Made by a program: the position numbers and the translations under genes | NCBI GenBank assembly: GCA_052390515.1 | Contig: JBQTGV010000120.1 | Location: forward strand, 1-29,409 | From: Candidatus Eiseniibacteriota bacterium | GTDB taxonomy: Bacteria > ARS69 | DNA length: 29,409 nucleotides | Reading direction: 5' to 3' | Shown: one piece after another, positions 1 through 7,127 of the stretch | Numbering within the stretch: the stretch's first letter is position 1 | How the letters are laid out: every line of letters starts with the position of its first letter | Notes under the pieces: generated by a model | The model's input: only the letters and a program-made list of their open reading frames with translations | Told to the model about the DNA's origin: nothing | Database searches by the model: none

Positions 1-832
1 TGAACGACTGGGTCAGCGTCAGGTCGCCTCCGCTCACGTCGATCGTCCCGCTGCTCACGTGGTCGGCCGAGGCCTTGCTGATGGTCAGTGGCGCCCCGAG
101 AGAGAGAGTCCCCTGGTTGTCCAGCTGAGCGGCGAGGGTGCGGCCCGTACTGCCGGTGCCGACCAGCACGTCGATCGTCTGGCCCGAGGCATTGACCAGC
201 GTGCCGTTCGTCACGGTCAGGGTGGCCGACGACGAACCGCTGACGGAGGTCAGCTCCAGGGTTCCGTTGTTCGTGAACCCACTCGCCACCGTGAGAGCGC
301 CGCCACCGACGACGTTGCTTCCCTGAACTCTCAGCGTCGACCCCACACCGATCGTGAGCGTCCCGTTCACGGCAGAGGTCCCCTGGATGATCAGCAGGGC
401 CTCGTTGTTGAGAGGCGCGTTCACCGTGCTGCCCGTCAGGGTGAACGTCCCGCTGTTCGTCAGCGGGCCAGTACCGCTCACGGTGCTGCTCGACATGGTC
501 AATGCGCCGTTCGCACTGACCGAAGAGGCGCCGCCGAGCGTCAGCGTGCGGCCCGAGGCGGAGAGCGTCTGCGTCCCGCTCGCTCCTCCCAGCGTGAGAG
601 ATGCCACGGTAGCGTTCACATCCAGCGTGACCGTGTACGTGCCGTCGAGCGTGATCAGAGCGCTGTCGGCAGCGCCGGGCACCCCCGTGTCCCAGTTGCC
701 AGGACTGTTCCAGGCGCCGCCGGACGCATTGATCCAGGTGACGGTCGCGCCCCGGACCGGCGAGATGCAAAGAGCCTGGAGAACGAGGACTGCCGCGACG
801 CCGACCCAGGGACTCGGCCGTGGAGACGCCAT
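1..832 (-). CDS. Large secreted G/S/T/N-rich beta-helix/adhesin-like protein, N-terminal part (runs off the left edge)
   Basis: Not in ORF track (no stop in window). ATG at 832 with GAGGAGG RBS; MASPRPSPWVGVAAVLVLQALCISPVRG-ATVTWINASGGAWNSPGNWDTGVPGAADSALITLDGTYTVTL...; signal-like N-terminus, repeated 'N.GTL.L' strands. Confidence 0.85.
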   Translation of the reverse strand, partial: MASPRPSPWVGVAAVLVLQALCISPVRGATVTWINASGGAWNSPGNWDTGVPGAADSALITLDGTYTVTLDVNATVASLTLGGASGTQTLSASGRTLTLGGASSVSANGALTMSSSTVSGTGPLTNSGTFTLTGSTVNAPLNNEALLIIQGTSAVNGTLTIGVGSTLRVQGSNVVGGGALTVASGFTNNGTLELTSVSGSSSATLTVTNGTLVNASGQTIDVLVGTGSTGRTLAAQLDNQGTLSLGAPLTISKASADHVSSGTIDVSGGDLTLTQSF

Positions 833-1037
833 GTGGGTTCCCTCCTCGGAGAGCACGCCGATGCTGAGCGGGATGGTCGATCCCGCACCTGGCCATCAAT
901 GCGCCGCGGGGGCCCGGAAGCGGACAGGGTCGTTGGCCTGTTTTGGGGGGGCGCGGCCGGCCGCTATTGGCCGGTCGGCTCCGTCGAGGGCGCAGCACCC
1001 CGGGCGCGCGGGGGGAGTCCGCTCCGCGCAGCATGTC

Positions 1038-1172
1038 CCCGACATACAGCAGATTGGCGGGGTCGTCGTCCTCGATCCCGATGAGGCCGGCGGCCGCGTT
1101 CAGCCAAACGATCAGGAATGCACTCATGAGCGCAAGGCCGACAGCCCATCGGTACGCTGTGTTGCGCTGCAT
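1038..1172 (-). pseudogene. 5' fragment of a small membrane protein gene
   Basis: ATG overlaps the P460 stop (TGATG); MQRNTAYRWAVGLALMSAFLIVWLNAAAGLIGIEDDDPANLLYVG, then the frame turns Pro/Arg-rich and non-protein-like. Confidence 0.55.
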
Positions 1173-1738
1173 CACGGCGAGTAACGAGTGAAGACGAAGT
1201 CACGGTCCTTCGCCAGCGCGTGGCAGGCAAAGCAGGTCTTGTGTACCGCTTCGTCGTCAGGCTTCCCATCGGTGAACTGAGCGAACCCCCAGCCGCCGGT
1301 CGCGGCGTACTTCTTCGAGTCCTTCACCATGAACTGGACATTCGTCGGCGGCCCCGCGACGAACGTCGTGGCCAGCAGCTTTTCGATCTGCTCGGGCGGC
1401 AGGCCGCGCTGCTCGGCATCAGCGCGAAAAACCGCGTTGTTCTCCTCGGACGTGACCTGCTGATAAGCGAGCCTGGCGATGATGGCCCCGTCCGGGAACG
1501 AGGTCATGCCCTCCTGGTAGGCGCGCATCGCCAGATCGTTGCCGAGCTTGGCGCGAATGTCGTTCACGGGGCTTCCGAGATTGGCGACGGAGATCAGCTT
1601 CCAATCACGGTATCCCGGTGGGATCTCGATCCCATAGATCGGGGCGGGCTCCGCGCTGCTCCGTTCCGACGCAAGCGCAGCGAGCCCGCCCACCAGGAGC
1701 GTCATAGTCGCAGGGAGGACGAAGGCGCAGCGCGTCAT
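1172..1738 (-). CDS. Cytochrome P460 / cytochrome c'-beta family periplasmic protein
   Basis: Signal peptide, PPGYRDW, FPDGAIIA, FMVKDSKKY..TGGWGF, C-terminal CFACH heme motif, DFVFT; start coupled to the epoxide hydrolase stop (TGATG). Confidence 0.88.
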   Translation of the reverse strand: MTRCAFVLPATMTLLVGGLAALASERSSAEPAPIYGIEIPPGYRDWKLISVANLGSPVNDIRAKLGNDLAMRAYQEGMTSFPDGAIIARLAYQQVTSEENNAVFRADAEQRGLPPEQIEKLLATTFVAGPPTNVQFMVKDSKKYAATGGWGFAQFTDGKPDDEAVHKTCFACHALAKDRDFVFTRYSP

Positions 1739-2940
1739 CAGCGCAGTACCTTGAACGCGGCCCGCACCTCGTCGGAGAAGAGCTCCGGTTCCTCCCACGC
1801 GGCGAAGTGGCCGCCGCGGTCGACCTCGTTGAAGTAGGCGAGGCCGGGGTAGACCGCTTCGACCCAGCTGCGCGGGGCGGCCCACAGCTCGCCGGGGAAC
1901 GTCGTGAAGGCGACGGGAACCTTGACCGGCGGCGGAGCCGCGCCGGACGCCAGGGCTGCGGCCAGAACCTGTCCGAACTCCCAGTACCACCGGGCGGCCG
2001 ATGCGCCGGTGCCCGTCAGCCAGTACAGCGTGATGTTGTCGACGATGCTCTCCCGGGTCAGACCGCCGATGGGCTTGTCGTCTACGAACGCGCGGGAGAT
2101 CTTGTAGTAGCTGTCCGTGTCGTGGTCGAGCAACCAGGCCGCGAGCCCGATGGGTGAATCCAGCAGGGAGTAGCCGATCGTCTGTGGCCGCGTGGATTGC
2201 TCCAGGAAGTAGGCGAAGCCAGTCGCCTTGAACGTCGCGACCGCGTTGAGCGCCGCGCGTTCCTGCTCGGTCTTCGCCGGCAGGTGATCGGCGATGCCCA
2301 ACGCTCCCGTGAGCAGGTTGACGTGGATGCCGAGCAGCCCCTTGGGCCCCTGGCGTCCCATCGCATCCGTGACGTCGGCGCCCACGTCACCTCCCTGGGC
2401 GACGTAGCGCGTGTAACCGAGGCGCTCCATCAGCTCCGCCCACGCGCGGGCGATGCGGCCGGACTCCCAGCCGAGCTCGGTCGGCTGGCCCGAGAAGCCG
2501 TAACCAGGCAAAGACGGCAGCACCAGGTGGAAGGCGTCGTCGGGAGTGCCGCCGTACTTGGTCGGGTCGGTCAGCGGACCGATGGTCTCGAGCAGCTCGA
2601 TGACCGAGCCGGGCCAGCCATGGGTCATGATCAACGGCAACGCGTTCTCATGCCGGGATCTGACGTGGATGAAGTGGATCTCCACTCCATCGATCTTGGT
2701 CGTGAACTGCGGCAGCGCGTTCAGTCGTGCCTCGCACGTGCGCCAGTCGTACTCGTTCGTCCAGAAGCGGGCGAGGTCCTGCAGCGTCTCCAGCTGCACG
2801 CCTTGGCTCCGATCCTCGACGAGCTCCTTGGTGGGCCAGCGCGTCGCCACAATGCGCCGGTGCAAGTCGTCGATCTGCTCCTCTGGAATGTCGACCTGGA
2901 AACTTCGAAGTTCGGCGGCAGTGCCGGCGGTGGTGCTCAT
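1738..2940 (-). CDS. Epoxide hydrolase (microsomal type, EHN + alpha/beta hydrolase)
   Basis: HGWPGS, LPGYGFS, QGGDVG nucleophile Asp, GGHFAAWEEP His; AGGAGG RBS. Confidence 0.95.
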   Translation of the reverse strand: MSTTAGTAAELRSFQVDIPEEQIDDLHRRIVATRWPTKELVEDRSQGVQLETLQDLARFWTNEYDWRTCEARLNALPQFTTKIDGVEIHFIHVRSRHENALPLIMTHGWPGSVIELLETIGPLTDPTKYGGTPDDAFHLVLPSLPGYGFSGQPTELGWESGRIARAWAELMERLGYTRYVAQGGDVGADVTDAMGRQGPKGLLGIHVNLLTGALGIADHLPAKTEQERAALNAVATFKATGFAYFLEQSTRPQTIGYSLLDSPIGLAAWLLDHDTDSYYKISRAFVDDKPIGGLTRESIVDNITLYWLTGTGASAARWYWEFGQVLAAALASGAAPPPVKVPVAFTTFPGELWAAPRSWVEAVYPGLAYFNEVDRGGHFAAWEEPELFSDEVRAAFKVLR

Positions 2941-2949
2941 GATGCCTCC

Positions 2950-3003
2950 TTAACGCAGCGATCTGAACGCAGCATCGATCTCGGTCGTGACGAGGTCCGG
3001 CTC
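2950..3003 (-). pseudogene. 3' remnant of a paralogous epoxide hydrolase
   Basis: EPDLVTTEIDAAFRSLR* aligns with the intact gene's end EPELFSDEVRAAFKVLR*; similarity is lost upstream of 3003. Confidence 0.7.
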
Positions 3004-3296
3004 GTGCCTGGTCGAACATGGTCTGATCCGCGACCGGGCACATCTTAGCTTCTTGCAGTCGGTCTACGGGACACAAACCACCCGAACGGCTTCTCCCAGT
3101 GTTGTGGTTCGGATGGCCGACGCCAGCAAGAACTGATAACAAGCGTGGCCTTCGAGGCGGGGGAACGGATCGACTCCTCGCGCGCCGATTCCATCATGAC
3201 CCCGAGGACGTGTTCTCGATCAAGAGTCCGAGGGCACGAATGCCGTCGGACCCTGCCATGCGCGTCGCCACCTTGAGCCTACAACCTGTCTCAGGC

Positions 3297-3398
3297 GCAT
3301 AACGTGGTGCTGCCTCGGCGGCGCTCACGGCCGAAGGCCACGTCCTGAGCAACGGTCGCGGCAAGTCGCTGTGAGCGGCGGCTTCAAGCGCGTTCTCC
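3297..3398 (-). mobile_element. Degenerate integron attC-like site
   Basis: Minus strand GGAGAAC-GCGCTTGAAGCCGCCGCTCACAGC...GCCGTGAGCG...CACCAC-GTTATGC: GTTRRRY-like R', internal stem CGCTCAC/GTGAGCG, decayed L' box. Confidence 0.5.
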
Positions 3399-3980
3399 AG
3401 GCCTTGCACGCGTTGCGAACGCATCGTCGCGAAGCCCAGTGCACGCGATCGAACGAATCACGAATCCCAACACCAGCCGGACCTTGCGCAACAAAGCACT
3501 CTCGATCATACGGTAGAAGGAGGGGGCCGTGGTTTGTTGCGGAGACGACGACGTGGTCGACCGCCGGGGGGACCCGCTCACGGACAAGCTCGTGAGGCAA
3601 CCGGGAGGAGCACGTCTGGGGTGATGACCCCGGTGGTTGCCTGAGCGAAACGATGGATCCCGCAGCGTTCGAATGGACGGCCGTCCCGCTCCCGAAAGAT
3701 CGGATCGACGCGCGTGCATCCTGCCCCTCGCCGAGCTCGTCACCAACTGGAGAGCGACAACGCTCAGCCCGTCCGTCGTGAGTGAGCCGGAACGAGGGCA
3801 CGAGTGAGTTTCTAGGGCTGCGGGGTGATGCCGCCCCGCACGGGCCGGCCACGCCGGGCCGCGACCCTCGATGCGTGTTTGGTGCAGGACACTGCCTGCA
3901 CCCCTGGGAAACGAAGTCGGGACTACCAGCCGATCCGCAGCGGGCGACGCCGACCAGGCGGACGGGAGGTGAACAACTAC

Positions 3981-4601
3981 CTATTGACCACTGGGGGCCT
4001 CATACGAGTTAGACACCTCCCCTTGCGTGGTGTGCGACGAGTCGGCGCGCGTGACTAGCGCTGTCCGGACGCGATCGAGTCCCTCATTGATCGGCCTCGA
4101 CAGGACGGTCGCGACCGATACCGAAAGCCACAGGGTGAACCAGCGTAAGCCGTGGACCGCGACAAAGCGGCCAACTCTCCCGCGTCCGAGCGGTCCGGCT
4201 GCGAGTCGTGCCGGCACGCCCCACCGCACCTCGGTAACGTGTATCAGAGGAATGTAGACGACTGGACAGAGCACGACGACCATCGTAGTCCGCCACGCGC
4301 CGCGGAACTCAAGCAACGAGTAGGCGAGGACACCAAGGACGGCCAGCGTCAGCAGCTGTCCGAACCAGAACACACGAAGGTTGCCCCTCGCGTCTGGTAG
4401 CCTCCACCACAACTCAAACCACACGAGGAGAGCCAGCGACAAGAATACGAACGAAAGTCCGTACGCGATCACTTTCAGCGGAAGTGATGCCGTGAACACG
4501 GTCAGAGCGGTAAACACACCGAGGACTGTAATGAGACGTTGATTCTCTTCTAAGAACGACGCTAGTGGCGACGATGGACGCGGGTTGTCGTTCTCTGGCA
4601 C
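3981..4601 (-). CDS. Integron-cassette multi-pass membrane protein, unknown function
   Basis: About 5 hydrophobic segments; likely GTG start at 4601 just after R' GTTAGAC; bounded by complementary GTTAGACAC/GTGTCTAAC; frame reads through R''. Confidence 0.75.
   Translation of the reverse strand: MPENDNPRPSSPLASFLEENQRLITVLGVFTALTVFTASLPLKVIAYGLSFVFLSLALLVWFELWWRLPDARGNLRVFWFGQLLTLAVLGVLAYSLLEFRGAWRTTMVVVLCPVVYIPLIHVTEVRWGVPARLAAGPLGRGRVGRFVAVHGLRWFTLWLSVSVATVLSRPINEGLDRVRTALVTRADSSHTTQGEVSNSYEAPSGQ
3990..4014. repeat. Cassette-end motif copy 1
   Basis: ACTGGGGGCCTCATACGAGTTAGAC, 22/25 identical to 5065-5089. Confidence 0.85.
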
Positions 4602-4616
4602 CGTCCTGTCTCCCGT

Positions 4617-4722
4617 GTCTAACGCTCTGCGCTTCGTGCGCGCCACCGCCGAAAGCCTACGCCCACAATCCCCATGACCGCAACGCCGGCGGTGGGCGGC
4701 GCATGCAGGCGCTTAGTTCGAC
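4617..4722 (-). mobile_element. Integron attC site (106 bp)
   Basis: Minus: GTCGAAC-TAAGCGCCTGCATGCGCCGCCCACCGCCG...CGGCGGTGGCGCGCACGAAGCGCAGAGC-GTTAGAC; R''/R' cores, paired arms with an extra base on the left arm; upstream ORF stops immediately after R''. Confidence 0.8.
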
Positions 4723-5078
4723 CGACCACGTGACTTTGGTTCGGGCCGCGCCGAGAGCCTCTCCCGAATCCCGTCGATCTCCGCTCGCACCTTCAGCAGG
4801 TCGTCACAGGTGGCCGCGGCACGGCCACCCTTGTGGAGCGCTGCGTGGCAGCGTGGACAAAGATCAACGAGGTTGCCAGGAGAGTTGTTGTCATGATTGC
4901 CATCCAGGTGATGAACATGAAGCTCGTCGCCCGCTTGGCAAACCAGACACTCGCGATGCCCCAGTGCTGGCGCAGCCACCAGTGGCCCGAGGACTTGCCT
5001 GATACGGTCCGTCTTCTTCCCCTGCACGGTGACTTTCCCAGTGTCAAAGACATTGACCACGCCGACCGGGGGCCTCAT
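4713..5078 (-). CDS. HNH endonuclease with partial N-terminal TBP-like domain, probably 5'-truncated cassette gene
   Basis: CLVC...LHVHHLDGNHDNNSPGNLVDLCPRCH; N-terminal VVNVFDTGKVTVQGK; ATG lies inside the repeated motif. Confidence 0.75.
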   Translation of the reverse strand: MRPPVGVVNVFDTGKVTVQGKKTDRIRQVLGPLVAAPALGHRECLVCQAGDELHVHHLDGNHDNNSPGNLVDLCPRCHAALHKGGRAAATCDDLLKVRAEIDGIRERLSARPEPKSRGRSN

Positions 5079-5089
5079 ACGTGTTAGGC
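5065..5089. repeat. Cassette-end motif copy 2
   Basis: ACCGGGGGCCTCATACGTGTTAGGC abutting the stop of the 5084-5584 gene. Confidence 0.85.
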
Positions 5090-5584
5090 CGCTCCACGTC
5101 GAATAGCCTCCACGGAGAGCCCGTAGTACGAGTTCGTCTTGCTCTCCTCCGCCCACAGGGCTCGGAACGGCTCGCGCTCAAAATACCAGAGCATGCCGGC
5201 ACACCATGATCGCCAAGCCGCGGGGTGGATGTATCCCTCCGAGAAGAAGAGGTATTCCTCAGCACAGAGATTGAAGTAGTCGACGATGGTCTGGCGATGT
5301 GTGCCCTCCAGCTTGGTGGAGTCCGCTTGGCCATCGATCTCGACGAGACGATCATTCAGCCCATCGTAGCGTCGGTTGAACTCGGTGAAGAGGTCCTTGA
5401 AGAGCGTCGTTTCCGAGAGCTTTTGTTGCTGCGCGAAGTAGCAGAAACCCAGAACTGCGACGATCACAGATCCGATGAGTGGCATGCGCTCGTCCCTGGC
5501 GAATAGGAGAATCGCCGCGATCCCAAGCCCTCCACCGAGAATGGCGATCGAGGCGTAGTGCCGGAAGATCACATGACGATTCAT
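5084..5584 (-). CDS. Integron-cassette 2-TM protein with helical C-terminal domain (DUF4760-like, tentative)
   Basis: GAGGAG upstream; FN.RYD.LN and DYFNLCAEEYL...GYI...W..W motifs; stop TAA inside R'' GCCTAAC; flanked by 10-bp complements GTTAGGCCGC/GCGGCCTAAC. Confidence 0.85.
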   Translation of the reverse strand: MNRHVIFRHYASIAILGGGLGIAAILLFARDERMPLIGSVIVAVLGFCYFAQQQKLSETTLFKDLFTEFNRRYDGLNDRLVEIDGQADSTKLEGTHRQTIVDYFNLCAEEYLFFSEGYIHPAAWRSWCAGMLWYFEREPFRALWAEESKTNSYYGLSVEAIRRGAA

Positions 5585-5607
5585 CTACTGATCTACTCCT
5601 CGTTGCG

Positions 5608-5685
5608 GCCTAACTAAGCTAAGACTTCAACTGGTCCGCCACCCGAGTCGTTCGGGAGGCAACGCCGAACAGTATAAGGACCGTC
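5608..5685 (-). mobile_element. Cluster of integron-like core sites upstream of the first cassette
   Basis: Minus: GGTCCTTATACT-GTTCGGC-gttgcct-CCCGAAC-35 nt-GTTAGGC; includes an inverted, diverged copy of the cassette-end motif. Confidence 0.5.
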
Positions 5686-5702
5686 GCCGCGAGCTGCCTC
5701 TT

Positions 5703-5791
5703 GACGAACGGACCGCGCGCCTGCTGCTTCCAGCGTCGGCCCACGACGACGACGAGTCTTCAGCAGATCCGAGCAAGCGCGGACGACAGAC
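5703..5791 (-). mobile_element. Degenerate attC-like site
   Basis: Right arm GCAGCAGGCGCGCGGTCC-GTTCGTC pairs with left arm GCGCTTGCT; R'' lacks AAC. Confidence 0.4.
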
Positions 5792-5825
5792 TGAATAAAC
5801 CGACGCTCGTCGACGCCACTGCATC

Positions 5826-7124
5826 CTACGCCGCGGGCGCCGCCCTCGCCACCGGCAAGTCCACCGGGTCCCTGAAGTGCTCCATCGCCGCGCCCACCGT
5901 GAAGAGCGAACCGGTCACGAATACCCAGCCGCCGCCGCCGGCAAGCCGCGCCGCCTCCTCGCACGCCGCCGCCGGATCGTCTTTCACGTGCGCCTCGATC
6001 CCCGCGGCCGTGAGCGCCGCCGCCGTCTCCTCGGCCTTCCGCGCGCGCACCGGATGCGGCGGAGTCACGGCCACGGCCCGCCGGAAGCGCCGCGCCAGCT
6101 CTTTCGCCATGCCGCCGAGATCCTTGTCGTCCAGCACGCCGAACACGGCGACCGAGCCGTCCGGCACTCCGAGCTGATCGAGGGCCGCACCGAAGGCGCG
6201 CATCCCGCCAAGGTTGTGCGCCACGTCGTACACGCGCACCGGAGTGCCCTCCACGCGCTGCAGGCGCCCCGGCCACCGCGTGTCCTCGAAGCCGGCGAGC
6301 AGTGCCTCCCGCACTTCCTCCCGCGGATCGAACGTCGCCGCTGCGTACGCGGCCACCGCCAGGTTGTCCGCCTGGTGCGGGCCGGCGAGCGGCACGCGCA
6401 CGCCGACCTCGCGGCTGCCCGGCAGTCGGAGCGAGACCTCCGACCCGTCCCAGCCGGACTCCAGCACGCGTACCTTCACTCCCGGATCGACGGCCAGGAA
6501 CGGCGCTCCACGCCGCGCGGCGATCATCTCGATGACCGCACGGGGCTCGGCGTCCATACGGCCGACGACGACAGGCACCGCCGGCTTCACGATGCCGGCC
6601 TTCTCCCCGGCGATCGTCGCGCGGTCCTCGCCGAGCGTCTTCGTATGGTCCAGATCGATCGAGGTGATCGCGGTCACGCGCGGGAAGCACACGTTCGTTG
6701 CGTCGAGCCGGCCGCCGAGACCGGTCTCCAGCACCGCGGTCTCGACCCCTCGCCGCCGGAAGTGCTCGAACGCGACCGCCGTCGTCACCTCGAAGAACGA
6801 GCCGTCGAACGAACCGTCCGGCCGCTCCATCGCCGCCAGGATGTCCGCCGCCTCGTCCTCCCGGATCGGCACGCCGTCGACGCGCACGCGCTCCGACCAG
6901 TGCACGAGGTGCGGAGAAGTCAGCAGGCCGACGCGGTACCCGGCGCGCCTGAGCGCCGCCGCCACCATCGCCGAGACGGAGCCCTTCCCGTTCGTACCGG
7001 CGACGTGCACCGCCGGCCAGTCCCGCTCGGGATGATCCAGTCGGTCCAGCAGCCGGGTGATCGGCGCGAGCCCGAGCTCGACGCTCTGGCCCTGCAGGGC
7101 GTTGAGGCGGTCGAAGACGTTCAC
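5826..7124 (-). CDS. folC: Folylpolyglutamate/dihydrofolate synthase
   Basis: HVAGTNGKGS, TSPHL..ER, ETGLGGRLDATN, EKAGI, WPGR, DVAHN, TGSLF. Confidence 0.97.
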   Translation of the reverse strand: MNVFDRLNALQGQSVELGLAPITRLLDRLDHPERDWPAVHVAGTNGKGSVSAMVAAALRRAGYRVGLLTSPHLVHWSERVRVDGVPIREDEAADILAAMERPDGSFDGSFFEVTTAVAFEHFRRRGVETAVLETGLGGRLDATNVCFPRVTAITSIDLDHTKTLGEDRATIAGEKAGIVKPAVPVVVGRMDAEPRAVIEMIAARRGAPFLAVDPGVKVRVLESGWDGSEVSLRLPGSREVGVRVPLAGPHQADNLAVAAYAAATFDPREEVREALLAGFEDTRWPGRLQRVEGTPVRVYDVAHNLGGMRAFGAALDQLGVPDGSVAVFGVLDDKDLGGMAKELARRFRRAVAVTPPHPVRARKAEETAAALTAAGIEAHVKDDPAAACEEAARLAGGGGWVFVTGSLFTVGAAMEHFRDPVDLPVARAAPAA

Positions 7125-7127
7125 GCG

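Noticed and set aside
2951-2980. Direct repeat AACGCAGC upstream of the epoxide hydrolase as an operator
   Set aside because: Explained as coding sequence of the paralogue remnant (AAFRSLR)
3990-5089. Cassette-end motif as CRISPR repeat or Xer dif site
   Set aside because: Copies are about 1.1 kb apart with genes between; spacing does not fit the 11-6-11 dif layout
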